64,000 nucleotides of DNA from an uncultured Clostridia bacterium (GCA_959605945.1 CAUHGY010000001.1:3413-67412), one strand, 5' to 3'; shown: positions 47,147 through 57,226, counted from the stretch's first letter. The notes: generated by a model not told the origin, from the sequence alone. Program-made: numbers and translations.

Positions 47147-47797
47147 ATGAATCTTGATAATTTGAATTTTGACAAAAACGGGCTTATCCCTGCAATCGTT
47201 GTAGACGCCGTCAGTAAAAAAGTGCTTACGCTTGCCTATATGAATAAAGAAAGCCTTGAAATTTCCATGAAAAAAGGGCTTACGTGTTTTTGGAGCAGGT
47301 CAAGGCAAAAATTATGGCTTAAAGGTGAAACGAGCGGCAATTATCAGCATATTGTTTCCATAACGGCCGATTGCGACGGAGACGCGCTTATGATCCTGGT
47401 TGAGAAGGACGGCCCTGCATGTCACAGAGGAACGGACAGCTGTTTTAACGATGTTGTTTGGCATAGTTCCGAATTGAACGAATTTTCTTATCAACAGCTT
47501 TTTGAGCTTATTAAAGGACGGAAAACGGAAAAAAAAGAAGGATCGTATACGACATATCTCTTTGAAAAGGGGCTTGACAAGATCCTTAAAAAAATAGGCG
47601 AAGAGAGCACTGAAGTAATAATAGCGGCAAAAGATAAAGATAAAAAGGAAACAATTTATGAAATTGCAGATTTACTTTATCATCTGACCGTATTGATGGT
47701 TGAAGCTGATATTACGCTTGACGACGTTCAATGCGAGCTTGCGTCGCGTCATGTGATAGACAAAAAAATCAAACAGGAGAAAATGACGGGTGATTAA
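47147..47797 (+). CDS. hisI: Bifunctional phosphoribosyl-AMP cyclohydrolase / phosphoribosyl-ATP pyrophosphatase
   Basis: HisI block [17 protein letters not shown]...DCDGDAL...GPACHRG. HisE block [25 protein letters not shown]...LLYHL. Confidence 0.92.
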   Translation: MNLDNLNFDKNGLIPAIVVDAVSKKVLTLAYMNKESLEISMKKGLTCFWSRSRQKLWLKGETSGNYQHIVSITADCDGDALMILVEKDGPACHRGTDSCFNDVVWHSSELNEFSYQQLFELIKGRKTEKKEGSYTTYLFEKGLDKILKKIGEESTEVIIAAKDKDKKETIYEIADLLYHLTVLMVEADITLDDVQCELASRHVIDKKIKQEKMTGD

Positions 47798-48599
47798 ATC
47801 CGATTATCATGTTCATACTACTTTTGTTGACGGAAAAAGCGATGCAGAAAAAATAGTTCAAAAGGCAATTGAACTTGGTATGAGTGAAATAGGTTTTTCC
47901 GAACATGCTCACGTTGCTTTCGATACAGAGTGCTCTCTTTCTTCCGAGAACACTAAAGTATATCGTAAAACAATAAAGCAGTTAAAAGAAAAATATGCAG
48001 ATAAGATAAGTATTTTGTGCGGAATAGAAATGGACAGATTTTCCGATGACGATCCTTCCGAATATGAATATGTTATCGGTTCCGTGCATTATCTTAAAGT
48101 GCATGATGAATATTATGCCATCGATTTGTCGCCTGAGGAAACATTGAGGTGTATAAATTGCGGTTTTAGCGGAAATATAAAAAATTTTGTGAAAGCTTAT
48201 TATGATACTGTTTCTGAACTTAAAGATGTTACCGAGGCTAATATAATCGGGCATTTTGATATTATTACCAAATTTGAAAACAGGGGAATCGTTCTGGCGG
48301 ATAGCGAAGAGTTTTATTCATCGTGCAGTAAAAAAGCTATGCTTTATCTTTATAAGAGCAGCGCTTTTGAAATAAACACCGGCGGAATGATAAGGGGTTA
48401 TAAGTTTCATCCGTATCCGTGTGCGGATATCCTTAAAAATCTTGCGGAACTAGGCGGCCGTGCAGTTATTAACAGCGATTCTCACTCTAAAGACAGTTTA
48501 ATGAAATATTTTGGAAACGCTGAAAATTACGCTTCGGAATGCGGTTTTTTAAGCTTGTCTTTTACGGACAGGCAGGGAAGGCTTCATCGGCAAAAATAA
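47790..48599 (+). CDS. hisK: Histidinol-phosphatase, PHP family
   Basis: GTG start overlapping his[14 protein letters not shown] and GFSEHAH PHP metal motifs. Last gene of the his operon. Confidence 0.82.
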   Translation: MIKSDYHVHTTFVDGKSDAEKIVQKAIELGMSEIGFSEHAHVAFDTECSLSSENTKVYRKTIKQLKEKYADKISILCGIEMDRFSDDDPSEYEYVIGSVHYLKVHDEYYAIDLSPEETLRCINCGFSGNIKNFVKAYYDTVSELKDVTEANIIGHFDIITKFENRGIVLADSEEFYSSCSKKAMLYLYKSSAFEINTGGMIRGYKFHPYPCADILKNLAELGGRAVINSDSHSKDSLMKYFGNAENYASECGFLSLSFTDRQGRLHRQK

Positions 48600-48734
48600 T
48601 TGTTTGCCAAACAATTTTAATTTTATATATATTATAAAAAACATGTCGAAAATATTAAAATGTGAGAGATAGTGTCGCACACAAAGGCTCATTTCGTAGT
48701 ACAATTATATTGCGCTTACGAAAGGAGAATACTT

Positions 48735-48959
48735 ATGAAACTGTGCGATAAACTGAAGTTATTGAGGAAGAGCAATAACCTTACGCAGGACGAAATGGCA
48801 GAAAAATTGTATGTAACGAGGACTGCCGTTTCAAAATGGGAAACAGATAAAGGATATCCCAGTATCGATAGTCTTAAAATTATTTCGCATATATTTCATG
48901 TAAGTTTAGATGAGTTGATTTCGGAAACCGATTCGGAAGGAACAAAAAACGGCAATTGA
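48735..48959 (+). CDS. Small XRE-family HTH transcriptional regulator (74 aa)
   Basis: LRKSNNLTQDEMAEKLYVTRTAVSKWETDKGYPSIDSL. AAAGGAG RBS 7 nt upstream of the ATG at 48735. Confidence 0.8.
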   Translation: MKLCDKLKLLRKSNNLTQDEMAEKLYVTRTAVSKWETDKGYPSIDSLKIISHIFHVSLDELISETDSEGTKNGN

Positions 48960-49041
48960 TTATATGCGTAAATCTTATATTTAAAATTTTAATATAGAAA
49001 GACATATTTATAAAATTTAAGTTTTTTGCTTTGTTTTTAGC

Positions 49042-49070
49042 TTGACAACGCCTGAATGTAATTGTAAAAT
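49042..49070 (+). promoter_or_regulatory. Sigma-70-type promoter upstream of the chrA pair
   Basis: TTGACA (49042-49047), 17-nt spacer, TAAAAT (49065-49070). Confidence 0.55.
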
Positions 49071-49105
49071 TATTGCTGGAAATAAAAAGGTGAATAAGTT
49101 ATAAG

Positions 49106-49786
49106 ATGAAGAAACTGAAAGAATTGTGGAACTTATTTTTTATAATGTTCAAAATCGGCCTTTTTACATTCGGCGGCGGATATGCGATGGTTGCTATTAT
49201 CGAACGTGAATTGGTGGATAAGAGAAAGTGGATCGAACATGATGAATTTCTTGACGTAATGGCAATTTCTGAATCGACTCCGGGACCGCTTGCGATAAAC
49301 AGTGCTACTTTTATAGGTTATAAAGTGAGCGGTGTTCTGGGTTCCGTAGCGGCAACGCTTGGCGTTGTTTTGCCGGCGTTTATCGTTATTTTTATAATCT
49401 CGTTGTTTTTTGACAGATTTCTGGAACTTGAATATGTAGCATATGCTTTTAAGGGCATACAGGCATGCGTTGTTTTTCTTATCGGATCCGCAGGAATAAA
49501 GATGTTAAAACATATAAAATTTAATTTTTTGAACATCTTTTTTATGATAGCGACTGCAGGATGTATGATAGGTTTCGCGCTTTTTTCCGTTAATTTTTCA
49601 AGTATATTCTATATTCTCATCGGCGGCGGAATCGGTGTATTTATTTATCTGATTTCTTTGTGTAAGAAAAAAATAACCACAAAAAAGGCTTCGCTTAAAA
49701 ATACGGATAATGTCAAAACGTCTGAATTGACGGAGAAAGAAACCGAAATTAATTCCGAAAGCAAGGAGAACGACAAAGATGCCTGA
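49106..49786 (+). CDS. chrA: Chromate transporter family protein (short ChrA, first half)
   Basis: FTFGGGYAMVAIIE...ESTPGPLAINSATFIGY signature. Confidence 0.8.
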   Translation: MKKLKELWNLFFIMFKIGLFTFGGGYAMVAIIERELVDKRKWIEHDEFLDVMAISESTPGPLAINSATFIGYKVSGVLGSVAATLGVVLPAFIVIFIISLFFDRFLELEYVAYAFKGIQACVVFLIGSAGIKMLKHIKFNFLNIFFMIATAGCMIGFALFSVNFSSIFYILIGGGIGVFIYLISLCKKKITTKKASLKNTDNVKTSELTEKETEINSESKENDKDA

Positions 49787-50366
49787 ACTCCTTCTTTTAT
49801 TTCTGACGTTTTTGAAAATCGGCGCAGTATCTTTTGGCGGAGGCTATGCCATGATACCATTGGTTCAAGAGGCGGTAATTAACAATAACTGGCTGACAGA
49901 AGATGAATTTATAAATTTTATTGCCGTTGCCGAATCAACTCCGGGCCCCATTGCTGTAAATATGGCTACTTTTATCGGAGCCACGCAGTGCGGGTTTATA
50001 GGGGCTGTCGTAGCTACGATTGGCGTTGTGCTTCCGGCTTTCATAATTATTTTGATAATTGCCGCACTCATAAGGGGACTCATGCAGTTTGCAGGCGTAA
50101 AAGCTTTTTTAAGCGGCGTTCGCCCCGTTGTTATAGGCCTTATTATTGCTACTGCGGTGAGTTTATTTATTTCCGTCATTTTCGGTTTATCGGCAATCGG
50201 AGAAGAATTTATTTTTGACTGGAAAGCACTGGTCATACTTGCGATAATTACAGCGCTTTCGATAACAATTAAATTAGTTTTCAAAAAGGATATTTCGCCG
50301 TTTTTGTTGATTTTGATTTCGGCTGCACTGGGTATAGTTTTTTACGGTTTTTTAGGTTTTGTGTGA
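49779..50366 (+). CDS. chrA: Chromate transporter family protein (short ChrA, second half)
   Basis: VSFGGGYAMIPLVQ...ESTPGPIAVNMATFIG. Overlaps the first half-gene by 8 nt. Confidence 0.8.
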   Translation: MPELLLLFLTFLKIGAVSFGGGYAMIPLVQEAVINNNWLTEDEFINFIAVAESTPGPIAVNMATFIGATQCGFIGAVVATIGVVLPAFIIILIIAALIRGLMQFAGVKAFLSGVRPVVIGLIIATAVSLFISVIFGLSAIGEEFIFDWKALVILAIITALSITIKLVFKKDISPFLLILISAALGIVFYGFLGFV

Positions 50367-50379
50367 TTAAAGGGATAAA

Positions 50380-51603
50380 ATGGCTACGCTTTTACTGTTT
50401 GTTATATTCAGCGCTTTTATAGGACTCGGAATACCGGATTCTATTTTCGGGCCTGCATGGCCGGCTATTAACGAAGAATTACAACTTCCTATTTCTTATG
50501 CAAATTTTGTAACGACCATAATATCAGTCTTTACGGTTATTTCCAGCATAATGAGCTCAAAAGTAATAAATTTTCTCGGAACAGGACTGGTCACGGCTTT
50601 AAGCACTCTGATGACGGCGCTTGCACTGTTAGGCTTTTCTTATGCGGACAATATTATTTATTTATGCCTTCTGGCTATACCGTTGGGACTTGGAGCAGGG
50701 TCTATAGACTCGGCGTTGAACAACTATGTGACGTTGAACTATAAAGCGTCTCACATGAGTTTTTTACATTGTTTTTACGGGATAGGTGTCGCGGCAAGTC
50801 CGTTTCTGATGTCAATGGCGCTTTCCGGAGATGAGGGCTGGCGCGGGGGATACAGAATTGTTTTCTTGGTACAATCGGTAATAACGGCTATAACGTTTAT
50901 TGCAATACCGCTGTGGAAAAAAGTAAACAAAGATAATCAACAATCCGCTGAAGAAAAACAGAGATCTCTTTCTATTAAAGAAATATTTTCGATTCCTTCA
51001 TTAAAATATATTTGGTTGATATTTTTTGCCTCATGTGCGCTTGAATTTACTTGCGGAATATGGGGAAGTTCGTTTATGATAAATTCCCGGGGGCTTTCAA
51101 CGGATAAAGCCGTAATGGTCATGGCATTTTATTATGGAGGCATCGCTGCAGGAAGATTTGTTTCCGGACTTATAGCTACAAAACTAAAAGGGTGGCATAT
51201 TATTATTTGCGGACAGATAATTGTTTTGGCAGCACTTATATTGCTGGCAATGCCGTTTTCTGTGTGGTTCGGATGCGCAGCTTTGTTTCTCGTAGGGTTT
51301 GGAAACGGCCCATTGTTCCCGAATCTCACGCACTTGACGCCGGATAATTTCGGAAAAAATCTTTCCCAGGAAGTTATCGGCACACAGATGGCTGCCTGCA
51401 ATATCGGAATAACGCTTATGCCTCCTGTATTCGGTTTTCTTGCTCAGGAAATCGGGGTAGGACTTTTTCCGTATTATTTGATTGTGATGTATTGTTTTAT
51501 TGTTCTCGGAATCTTTTTATTTCTGCGTACAAAAAATAAAGCTAAACGAAAAATAGCAGCTGACGTTTCGGACGATAAAGAGCAGAGCAACGGTAATTCA
51601 TAA
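50380..51603 (+). CDS. MFS transporter
   Basis: About 12 TM segments with a central charged loop (KKVNKDNQQSAEEKQR). Confidence 0.75.
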   Translation: MATLLLFVIFSAFIGLGIPDSIFGPAWPAINEELQLPISYANFVTTIISVFTVISSIMSSKVINFLGTGLVTALSTLMTALALLGFSYADNIIYLCLLAIPLGLGAGSIDSALNNYVTLNYKASHMSFLHCFYGIGVAASPFLMSMALSGDEGWRGGYRIVFLVQSVITAITFIAIPLWKKVNKDNQQSAEEKQRSLSIKEIFSIPSLKYIWLIFFASCALEFTCGIWGSSFMINSRGLSTDKAVMVMAFYYGGIAAGRFVSGLIATKLKGWHIIICGQIIVLAALILLAMPFSVWFGCAALFLVGFGNGPLFPNLTHLTPDNFGKNLSQEVIGTQMAACNIGITLMPPVFGFLAQEIGVGLFPYYLIVMYCFIVLGIFLFLRTKNKAKRKIAADVSDDKEQSNGNS

Positions 51604-52089
51604 ATTGTTAAATGAATCAAATAATTTCTCGATTTATTTTTATGAATATTTTTTGCACTTATTAGAATAATTTTATTGTAATTCAAAGCGTTTTGCGGTA
51701 TGAATATGTCTGGCATAATAAGTTTTAAATATTTTAATTCCGGGAATAAACGAGTGCCGGCTGTTAATTGATATGTTATTTTTATAAACTGTTTTCAAAG
51801 ATAGCCGAAAATTTTTTATATCAAAGACAGCGTTTTTTATAAAAAATGTCGAACATTAATACAAATTATAAAAGTAAAAAGATATATTAAATATTTGACA
51901 AGGATAAATTTCAAAGTTTATAATGTATTAAAAAGAAAAAACCCGTACTTTTGATTAAAAAGAATCAAAATTTTTTTGCAATATTTGCGGTTTTTCCTTT
52001 TCTAAAAGCGCTTACGCATCGGAGATTATATTTAGTTTTTTCCGATACAGCGGTTTTATGATTACAGTCATTTATAAAGGAGAATATTG

Positions 52090-53388
52090 ATGATCTGGAA
52101 CACCACCAAAGAATGTATGAGCAGAGACGAAATGACTTCTTTACAGAATGCGCGTCTTAAGAAGCTTGTAAATTACGTTTATCACAACGTCGAGTTTTAC
52201 CGTAAAAAAATGCAGGCGCTCGGACTTTTGCCCGGAGATATCGGCGGCATTGAAGATATAACGAAATTACCTTTTATGACTAAAGATGATTTAAGAGACA
52301 ATTATCCTTTCGGACTTTTTGCCGTACCGAAATCGCAGATTGTGCGAATTCATGCTTCCAGCGGTACTACGGGAAAAGCAACGGTCGTCGGTTATACTCG
52401 CAGAGACCTTGAAATTTGGAATGAATGTGTTGCAAGATGTCTTACGATGGCAGGAATAGGCAAAGAAGACATTATTCAGGTCGCTTACGGTTACGGTCTT
52501 TTTACTGGCGGACTCGGTGCTCACGGCGGTGCGGAAGAGATAGGGGCGATGGTTGTTCCCATGAGTACGGGAAATTCCAAAAAACTTACCACAATGATGA
52601 TCGATTTCGGGGTTACTGCAATTGCCTGCACGCCTTCATATCTTTTGCACATATCGGAAATTCTTGCGGAAGAAGGAAAACTCGGCGAATTGAAATTGAG
52701 AACGGCAGTCTGCGGTGCCGAACCGTGGACGGATAAAATGCGTTTAGATATTGAAAATCGTTTAAAGATTACCGCACACGATATATACGGACTTTCAGAA
52801 GTTATGGGACCCGGCGTTGCCTGCGACTGTTCATTCCATAAAGGGTTGCACGTCTGTGAGGATCATTTCTATCCTGAAATTATCAATTCAGCAACCATGC
52901 TTCCTCAAAAAGACGGCGAAACGGGTGAACTTGTTTTCACCACGCTTACAAAGGAAGGGCTTCCGCTTATAAGGTACAGAACAAAAGATCTTACCAGTAT
53001 AGATCGTTCAAAATGCGAATGCGGAAGAACTAGCGCCAGAATAAGCCGTTTCAAAGGGCGCGTAGACGATATGCTTATAATTCGCGGAGTAAACGTTTTC
53101 CCGAGTCAGGTCGAAGCTGCGCTTGTCGACGTAAAAGAAGTGAGTCCGCATTATATGATGATAGTTGACAGAGTAAATAACCTTGACACTTTAGAAATTC
53201 AGGTAGAAGTAAAAAGCGAATATTTTACCGATGAAATAAAAGGAATAGAACAGCTGTCCAAAAAAATTTCGCACGTTGTGAATCAGGCGCTCGGGCTTAA
53301 CGCCAAAATAAAACTTGTTGAGCCTCAGACGCTTGTTCGCAGCGAAGGAAAGGCCGTGCATGTCGTTGACAAACGTAAACTATATTAA
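52090..53388 (+). CDS. paaK: Phenylacetate--CoA ligase (PaaK) family adenylate-forming enzyme
   Basis: MIWNTTKECMSRDEMTSLQNARLKKLV N-terminus, HASSGTTGKATVV, DIYGLSE, YRTKD, GRVDDMLIIRGVNVFPSQVE. AAAGGAG RBS. Confidence 0.85.
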   Translation: MIWNTTKECMSRDEMTSLQNARLKKLVNYVYHNVEFYRKKMQALGLLPGDIGGIEDITKLPFMTKDDLRDNYPFGLFAVPKSQIVRIHASSGTTGKATVVGYTRRDLEIWNECVARCLTMAGIGKEDIIQVAYGYGLFTGGLGAHGGAEEIGAMVVPMSTGNSKKLTTMMIDFGVTAIACTPSYLLHISEILAEEGKLGELKLRTAVCGAEPWTDKMRLDIENRLKITAHDIYGLSEVMGPGVACDCSFHKGLHVCEDHFYPEIINSATMLPQKDGETGELVFTTLTKEGLPLIRYRTKDLTSIDRSKCECGRTSARISRFKGRVDDMLIIRGVNVFPSQVEAALVDVKEVSPHYMMIVDRVNNLDTLEIQVEVKSEYFTDEIKGIEQLSKKISHVVNQALGLNAKIKLVEPQTLVRSEGKAVHVVDKRKLY

Positions 53389-53410
53389 ATCGTTTTTAAG
53401 GAGGAAAAAC

Positions 53411-53842
53411 ATGTATTCGAAACAGCTTTCGGTTTTTATCGAAAACAGAGAAGGAAGGTTAGGTGAAGTATTGAACGTTTTGAAGATAAACAACATCAAT
53501 ATTTTATCTTTAAGTCTTGCAGATACCACTGAATACGGACTTCTGCGGCTAATAGTCAATGATCCGCAGACGGCGAAAGAAAAATTGGCCGAAGCAGGTT
53601 TCTCGACCATGCTGACCGATGTTTTTGTAATAAAAATCAATCATACGGCAGGCAGTTTGCAAAAGCTTCTCGCAAGTCTTTCGAAAGAGCAGATAAACGT
53701 TGAATATATGTACGGATTATCTATCGACGGAATAAAAGCGTTTGTTGTGCTGAAAGCATCGAACGGCGCAAAAACCATAGAGGTTTTAAACAGAGAAGGC
53801 GTAAGCACTCTTTCAAGCGATGAAATTGCCTCTCTTTCATAA
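53411..53842 (+). CDS. ACT-domain protein (PaaK-associated type)
   Basis: Two ACT-like repeats (LSVFIENREGRLGEVLNVL...). AAGGAGG RBS before the ATG at 53411. The ORF-track start at 53315 overlaps paaK and has no RBS. Confidence 0.75.
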   Translation: MYSKQLSVFIENREGRLGEVLNVLKINNINILSLSLADTTEYGLLRLIVNDPQTAKEKLAEAGFSTMLTDVFVIKINHTAGSLQKLLASLSKEQINVEYMYGLSIDGIKAFVVLKASNGAKTIEVLNREGVSTLSSDEIASLS

Positions 53843-53872
53843 TCAATTATAAAAGGATAAAATTATAACCGT

Positions 53873-54688
53873 ATGCTTATAGATTTTCATACTCATATTT
53901 TTCCGGAAAAAATAGCTGCCAGAACAATAGAGATGCTTGCGGCTAATTCTCATGGCAAAGCCCATACTGACGGAACTGCCGAAGGTCTTGTTGCGGCAAT
54001 GATTAAAGCCGATGCCGATATGTGCGTTGCTCTTCCTGTGCTGACTAAACCTTCTCAGTTTGAAAGCGTAGCCCGTTTTGCCGAAGAAATAAACGAAAAA
54101 TATGAGCATGAACCTCATAGAATTCTGTCTTTTGCCGGCATTCATCCCGCTTGCGATGATGTTGACGGAAAAATGAAGTTTTTGAAAGAAAGGGGATTCA
54201 AAGGTGTAAAAATTCATCCCGATTATCAGGATACTTTTATTAACGATGAAGGATATATTAAAATATTGCAGAGCGCTAAAGAGTATGATCTGATAGTCGT
54301 AACTCATGCCGGAGTTGATGACGGTTATCTCGGAAAGCCCGTAAAATGTCCGCCGGAGCTTGTGAGTAAAGTTATCGACAAAGCAGGACACAAAAAATTT
54401 GTTCTTGCTCATTATGGCGGGCATAAACAATGGGATGAGGTTTTAAACTTATTGGCAGGTAAAGACGTTTATTTTGATACGGCTTTCACTATGCACGAAA
54501 TAAGCGAAAGTTTGTTCAAAAAAATAATATCCAGACATGGGGAAGATAAAATTCTTTTTGCAACCGATTGTCCGTGGAGAGATATTGAAACTGATAAAAA
54601 CACGATTTTATCATACAATCTCGGAAAAGATACGTTAGAAAAAATATTTTATAAAAATGCGCTTGAATTACTTGGATTGAAGGAATAA
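53873..54688 (+). CDS. Metal-dependent TIM-barrel amidohydrolase (PF04909-like), paralog of 28516-29316
   Basis: LIDFHTHIFPEKIAA, GVKIHPDYQ, THAG, LAHYGG, VYFDTA, FATDCPW: the same motif series as the first copy. Confidence 0.7.
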   Translation: MLIDFHTHIFPEKIAARTIEMLAANSHGKAHTDGTAEGLVAAMIKADADMCVALPVLTKPSQFESVARFAEEINEKYEHEPHRILSFAGIHPACDDVDGKMKFLKERGFKGVKIHPDYQDTFINDEGYIKILQSAKEYDLIVVTHAGVDDGYLGKPVKCPPELVSKVIDKAGHKKFVLAHYGGHKQWDEVLNLLAGKDVYFDTAFTMHEISESLFKKIISRHGEDKILFATDCPWRDIETDKNTILSYNLGKDTLEKIFYKNALELLGLKE

Positions 54689-54694
54689 TTAATT

Positions 54695-55888
54695 ATGCAG
54701 ATTAACGAAAAAATGTACGGCTTGGGCAGTAACCGTTCGGTCATAAGGGAAATCTTCGAATATGGGAAAGAAAGAGCTAAAGTTGTCGGTAAAGAAAATG
54801 TTTTCGATTTTTCTCTTGGGAATCCCAGCGTTGAACCGCCTTTGAAAATCAAAGAAACTATAAGAAATTTGATAGAAACTTCCGACAGTACCGCTTTACA
54901 CGGCTATACTTCGGCGCAGGGCGACTTTACTACAAGAAAAAACATTGCGGATTATATCAATAAAAGATTTTCCACAACACTTACGGCAGATCATATTTAT
55001 ATTACATGTGGCGCAGCGGCTTCGCTTTCCATTTCTCTTAAAGCTGTTCTGAACAACGGAGATGAATGTATTGTGTTTGCGCCGTTTTTTACCGAATATA
55101 AAATGTTTGTTGACAACGCTGGCGGCAGACTTGTAATTTCAAAACCTCAAAATGATACATTTGAAATAGATCTGGAAGATTTTGCTGCGAAAATAACCGC
55201 TAAAACAAAAGCCGTCATAATCAATTCACCGAACAATCCCAGCGGAGTTGTATATTCTGAGCATACTATCAGACGGATGTGTGATATTCTGCAGGATAAA
55301 AGCATTGAATTCGGTACGGACATATTCGTGATTGCAGACGAGCCTTACAGAGAGCTTGTATACGATAACGTGAAAGTGCCGTACCTTATGAATTATTATA
55401 AAAACACGCTTGTGTGTTATTCGTATTCCAAGAGTTTGTCGTTGCCGGGAGAAAGAATAGGTTATATTGCCGTTAATCCGGAAATGGAAGATGCTTTGAA
55501 GGTTTATCTTGCTGTATGCGGGGCAGGAAGAGCGCTTGGATATGTATGTGCGCCGAGTCTCTTCCAGGCGGTGATCGCACGATGCGTTGACGTCAGCGTC
55601 GATGTTTCCGTTTATAAGGAAAATCGCGATATATTGCTTGACGGGTTGACACGTTTCGGATTTGAGTGCGTGCGTCCTGACGGCGCGTTTTATCTTTTTG
55701 TAAAATCTCCGGCTGCAAGCGCCATGGAATTTTGCGAAAAAGCAAAAAAATACGAAATTCTTTTTGTTCCGTGCGACGATTTCGGCGTTGAAGGATATGT
55801 AAGAATAGCTTATTGTGTAAGTAAAGAAAAAATCGTCAAAGCGTTGCCGAGTTTCAATCTTCTTGCCAAAGAATACGGCTTATGCTGA
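54695..55888 (+). CDS. Class I/II PLP-dependent aminotransferase
   Basis: NSPNNPSG, ADEPYREL, YSYSKSLSLPGERIGY (PLP lysine). Confidence 0.85.
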   Translation: MQINEKMYGLGSNRSVIREIFEYGKERAKVVGKENVFDFSLGNPSVEPPLKIKETIRNLIETSDSTALHGYTSAQGDFTTRKNIADYINKRFSTTLTADHIYITCGAAASLSISLKAVLNNGDECIVFAPFFTEYKMFVDNAGGRLVISKPQNDTFEIDLEDFAAKITAKTKAVIINSPNNPSGVVYSEHTIRRMCDILQDKSIEFGTDIFVIADEPYRELVYDNVKVPYLMNYYKNTLVCYSYSKSLSLPGERIGYIAVNPEMEDALKVYLAVCGAGRALGYVCAPSLFQAVIARCVDVSVDVSVYKENRDILLDGLTRFGFECVRPDGAFYLFVKSPAASAMEFCEKAKKYEILFVPCDDFGVEGYVRIAYCVSKEKIVKALPSFNLLAKEYGLC

Positions 55889-55905
55889 ATATTTTACTCA
55901 ATTAG

Positions 55906-55945
55906 AAAGCAGCCCGCAATTTCAGTTGCGGGCTGCTTTGGTTTT
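55906..55945. terminator. Bidirectional rho-independent terminator between convergent genes
   Basis: 14-bp stem AAAGCAGCCCGCAA / TTGCGGGCTGCTTT with a 6-nt loop. T-rich on the + side and A-rich on the - side. Confidence 0.8.
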
Positions 55946-55951
55946 GAATAA

Positions 55952-56494
55952 TTATTTTGCGGTAAGTACGTAAAGATTCTTTTTATAATTTTCCATCGAT
56001 TGCTTGATTATTTCTATCGCGCTTTCCTTATCGGATGCCACATCAACGCTTGTATTCATATCTTCGAGCTGCTTATATACGGAAAAGAAATGCCGCATTT
56101 CATCAAAAACATGTTTAGGCAGATCGTGAATGCTTTTATACGTATTATAATTAGGGTCGGCAAAAGGAATGGCTATAATTTTTTCATCAACAGAACCGTT
56201 GTCCTCCATAACTATAACGCCGATAGGGTAACATTTGACCAGGCTCATGGGTATAAGACTTTCGGAACATAAAATCAGAACGTCAAGCGGATCGTTGTCT
56301 GCCGCAAGCGTGTGCGGAATAAAACCGTAATTTGCAGGATAATGAGTGGAAGTATAAAGAATTCTGTCAAGACGCAATAATCCTGTTTTTTTGTCCATTT
56401 CATATTTTTGTTTCGAGCCTTTACTGATTTCTACCACGGCAATAAATTCGTCGGGAGTAATTCTTTTGCTTTCAATGTCATGCCAAATATTCAT
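55952..56494 (-). CDS. ppa: Inorganic pyrophosphatase, family I
   Basis: MNIWHDI..., YEMDKKTG, YPANYGFIP, DPLDVL. Start set at the internal Met, which is preceded by a GGAGA RBS. Confidence 0.9.
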   Translation of the reverse strand: MNIWHDIESKRITPDEFIAVVEISKGSKQKYEMDKKTGLLRLDRILYTSTHYPANYGFIPHTLAADNDPLDVLILCSESLIPMSLVKCYPIGVIVMEDNGSVDEKIIAIPFADPNYNTYKSIHDLPKHVFDEMRHFFSVYKQLEDMNTSVDVASDKESAIEIIKQSMENYKKNLYVLTAK

Positions 56495-56656
56495 AAATTT
56501 TCTCCATTTATTCTCTGTTTTATATTTTATCATAAACTTAAGTTTATAACAAGCCTTTTGTGCAATAAAACATTTAAAAAATGCAAATGATTAAAAAAGA
56601 AAAGGATTATCGTTAACATCGTTGCCATTTTTGTAAATATTTGATATAATGTTTCA

Positions 56657-57226
56657 ATGCTTAAAGTTTTTTGGTGCGACGTTTCCGAAGCCGATTATTG
56701 CAATTATAAAGACGTGCAGTGTCTTGTAAGAAAAAAATACATAAACAGCATCCGCGATCCCAAACGGAAAAAACAAAGTTTTTTTGTTTGGAAACTGCTT
56801 GAATATGTTTCAAAAAAACAGTTCGGCTGTGATAAAATAGACGGCGAGGCCGAACAGAACGGAAAATGGCGCATTAAAGGCGTCGATTTCAAATTTTCAC
56901 TTTCCCACTCAGATAATATAGTTGCGGTAGCCGTATCGGATGCTTCGGTAGGAGTTGACGTTGAAAAATATTCTGATACAATTATGAAAGTCAGAAAATT
57001 TTTATTAAAAAACGGGGAAAAAGACTGTTGCTGCGACACGGAAAAACTTATTTTATTGTGGACTGAACGTGAAAGTTTTTTTAAATGCAGCAAAAACAAT
57101 GTCTGTGAAAATTTATATTTTTCAAATAAAAATATTACAGACCGACACGGAAACAATTATTGTTGCGGAGTATGCGGAAAAGAGCATTGTACAGAGTTTT
57201 ACGAAATTCTAAGCAGGGAACTATAA
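56657..57226 (+). CDS. 4'-phosphopantetheinyl transferase, Sfp-type
   Basis: FSLSHSDN, GVDVE, LWTERESFFK motifs. Confidence 0.7.
   Translation: MLKVFWCDVSEADYCNYKDVQCLVRKKYINSIRDPKRKKQSFFVWKLLEYVSKKQFGCDKIDGEAEQNGKWRIKGVDFKFSLSHSDNIVAVAVSDASVGVDVEKYSDTIMKVRKFLLKNGEKDCCCDTEKLILLWTERESFFKCSKNNVCENLYFSNKNITDRHGNNYCCGVCGKEHCTEFYEILSREL

Noticed and set aside
42182-47175. Antisense ORFs within the his operon (for example 42182-42784, 43046-43438, 44938-45339, 46549-47175)
   Set aside because: All his genes are recognised by motifs on the + strand. The antisense frames have no signals.
53843-54430. 195-aa minus-strand ORF opposite the second amidohydrolase
   Set aside because: The + strand frame has the HxH...H...D amidohydrolase motif series and a paralog at 28516. 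The minus frame has no support.
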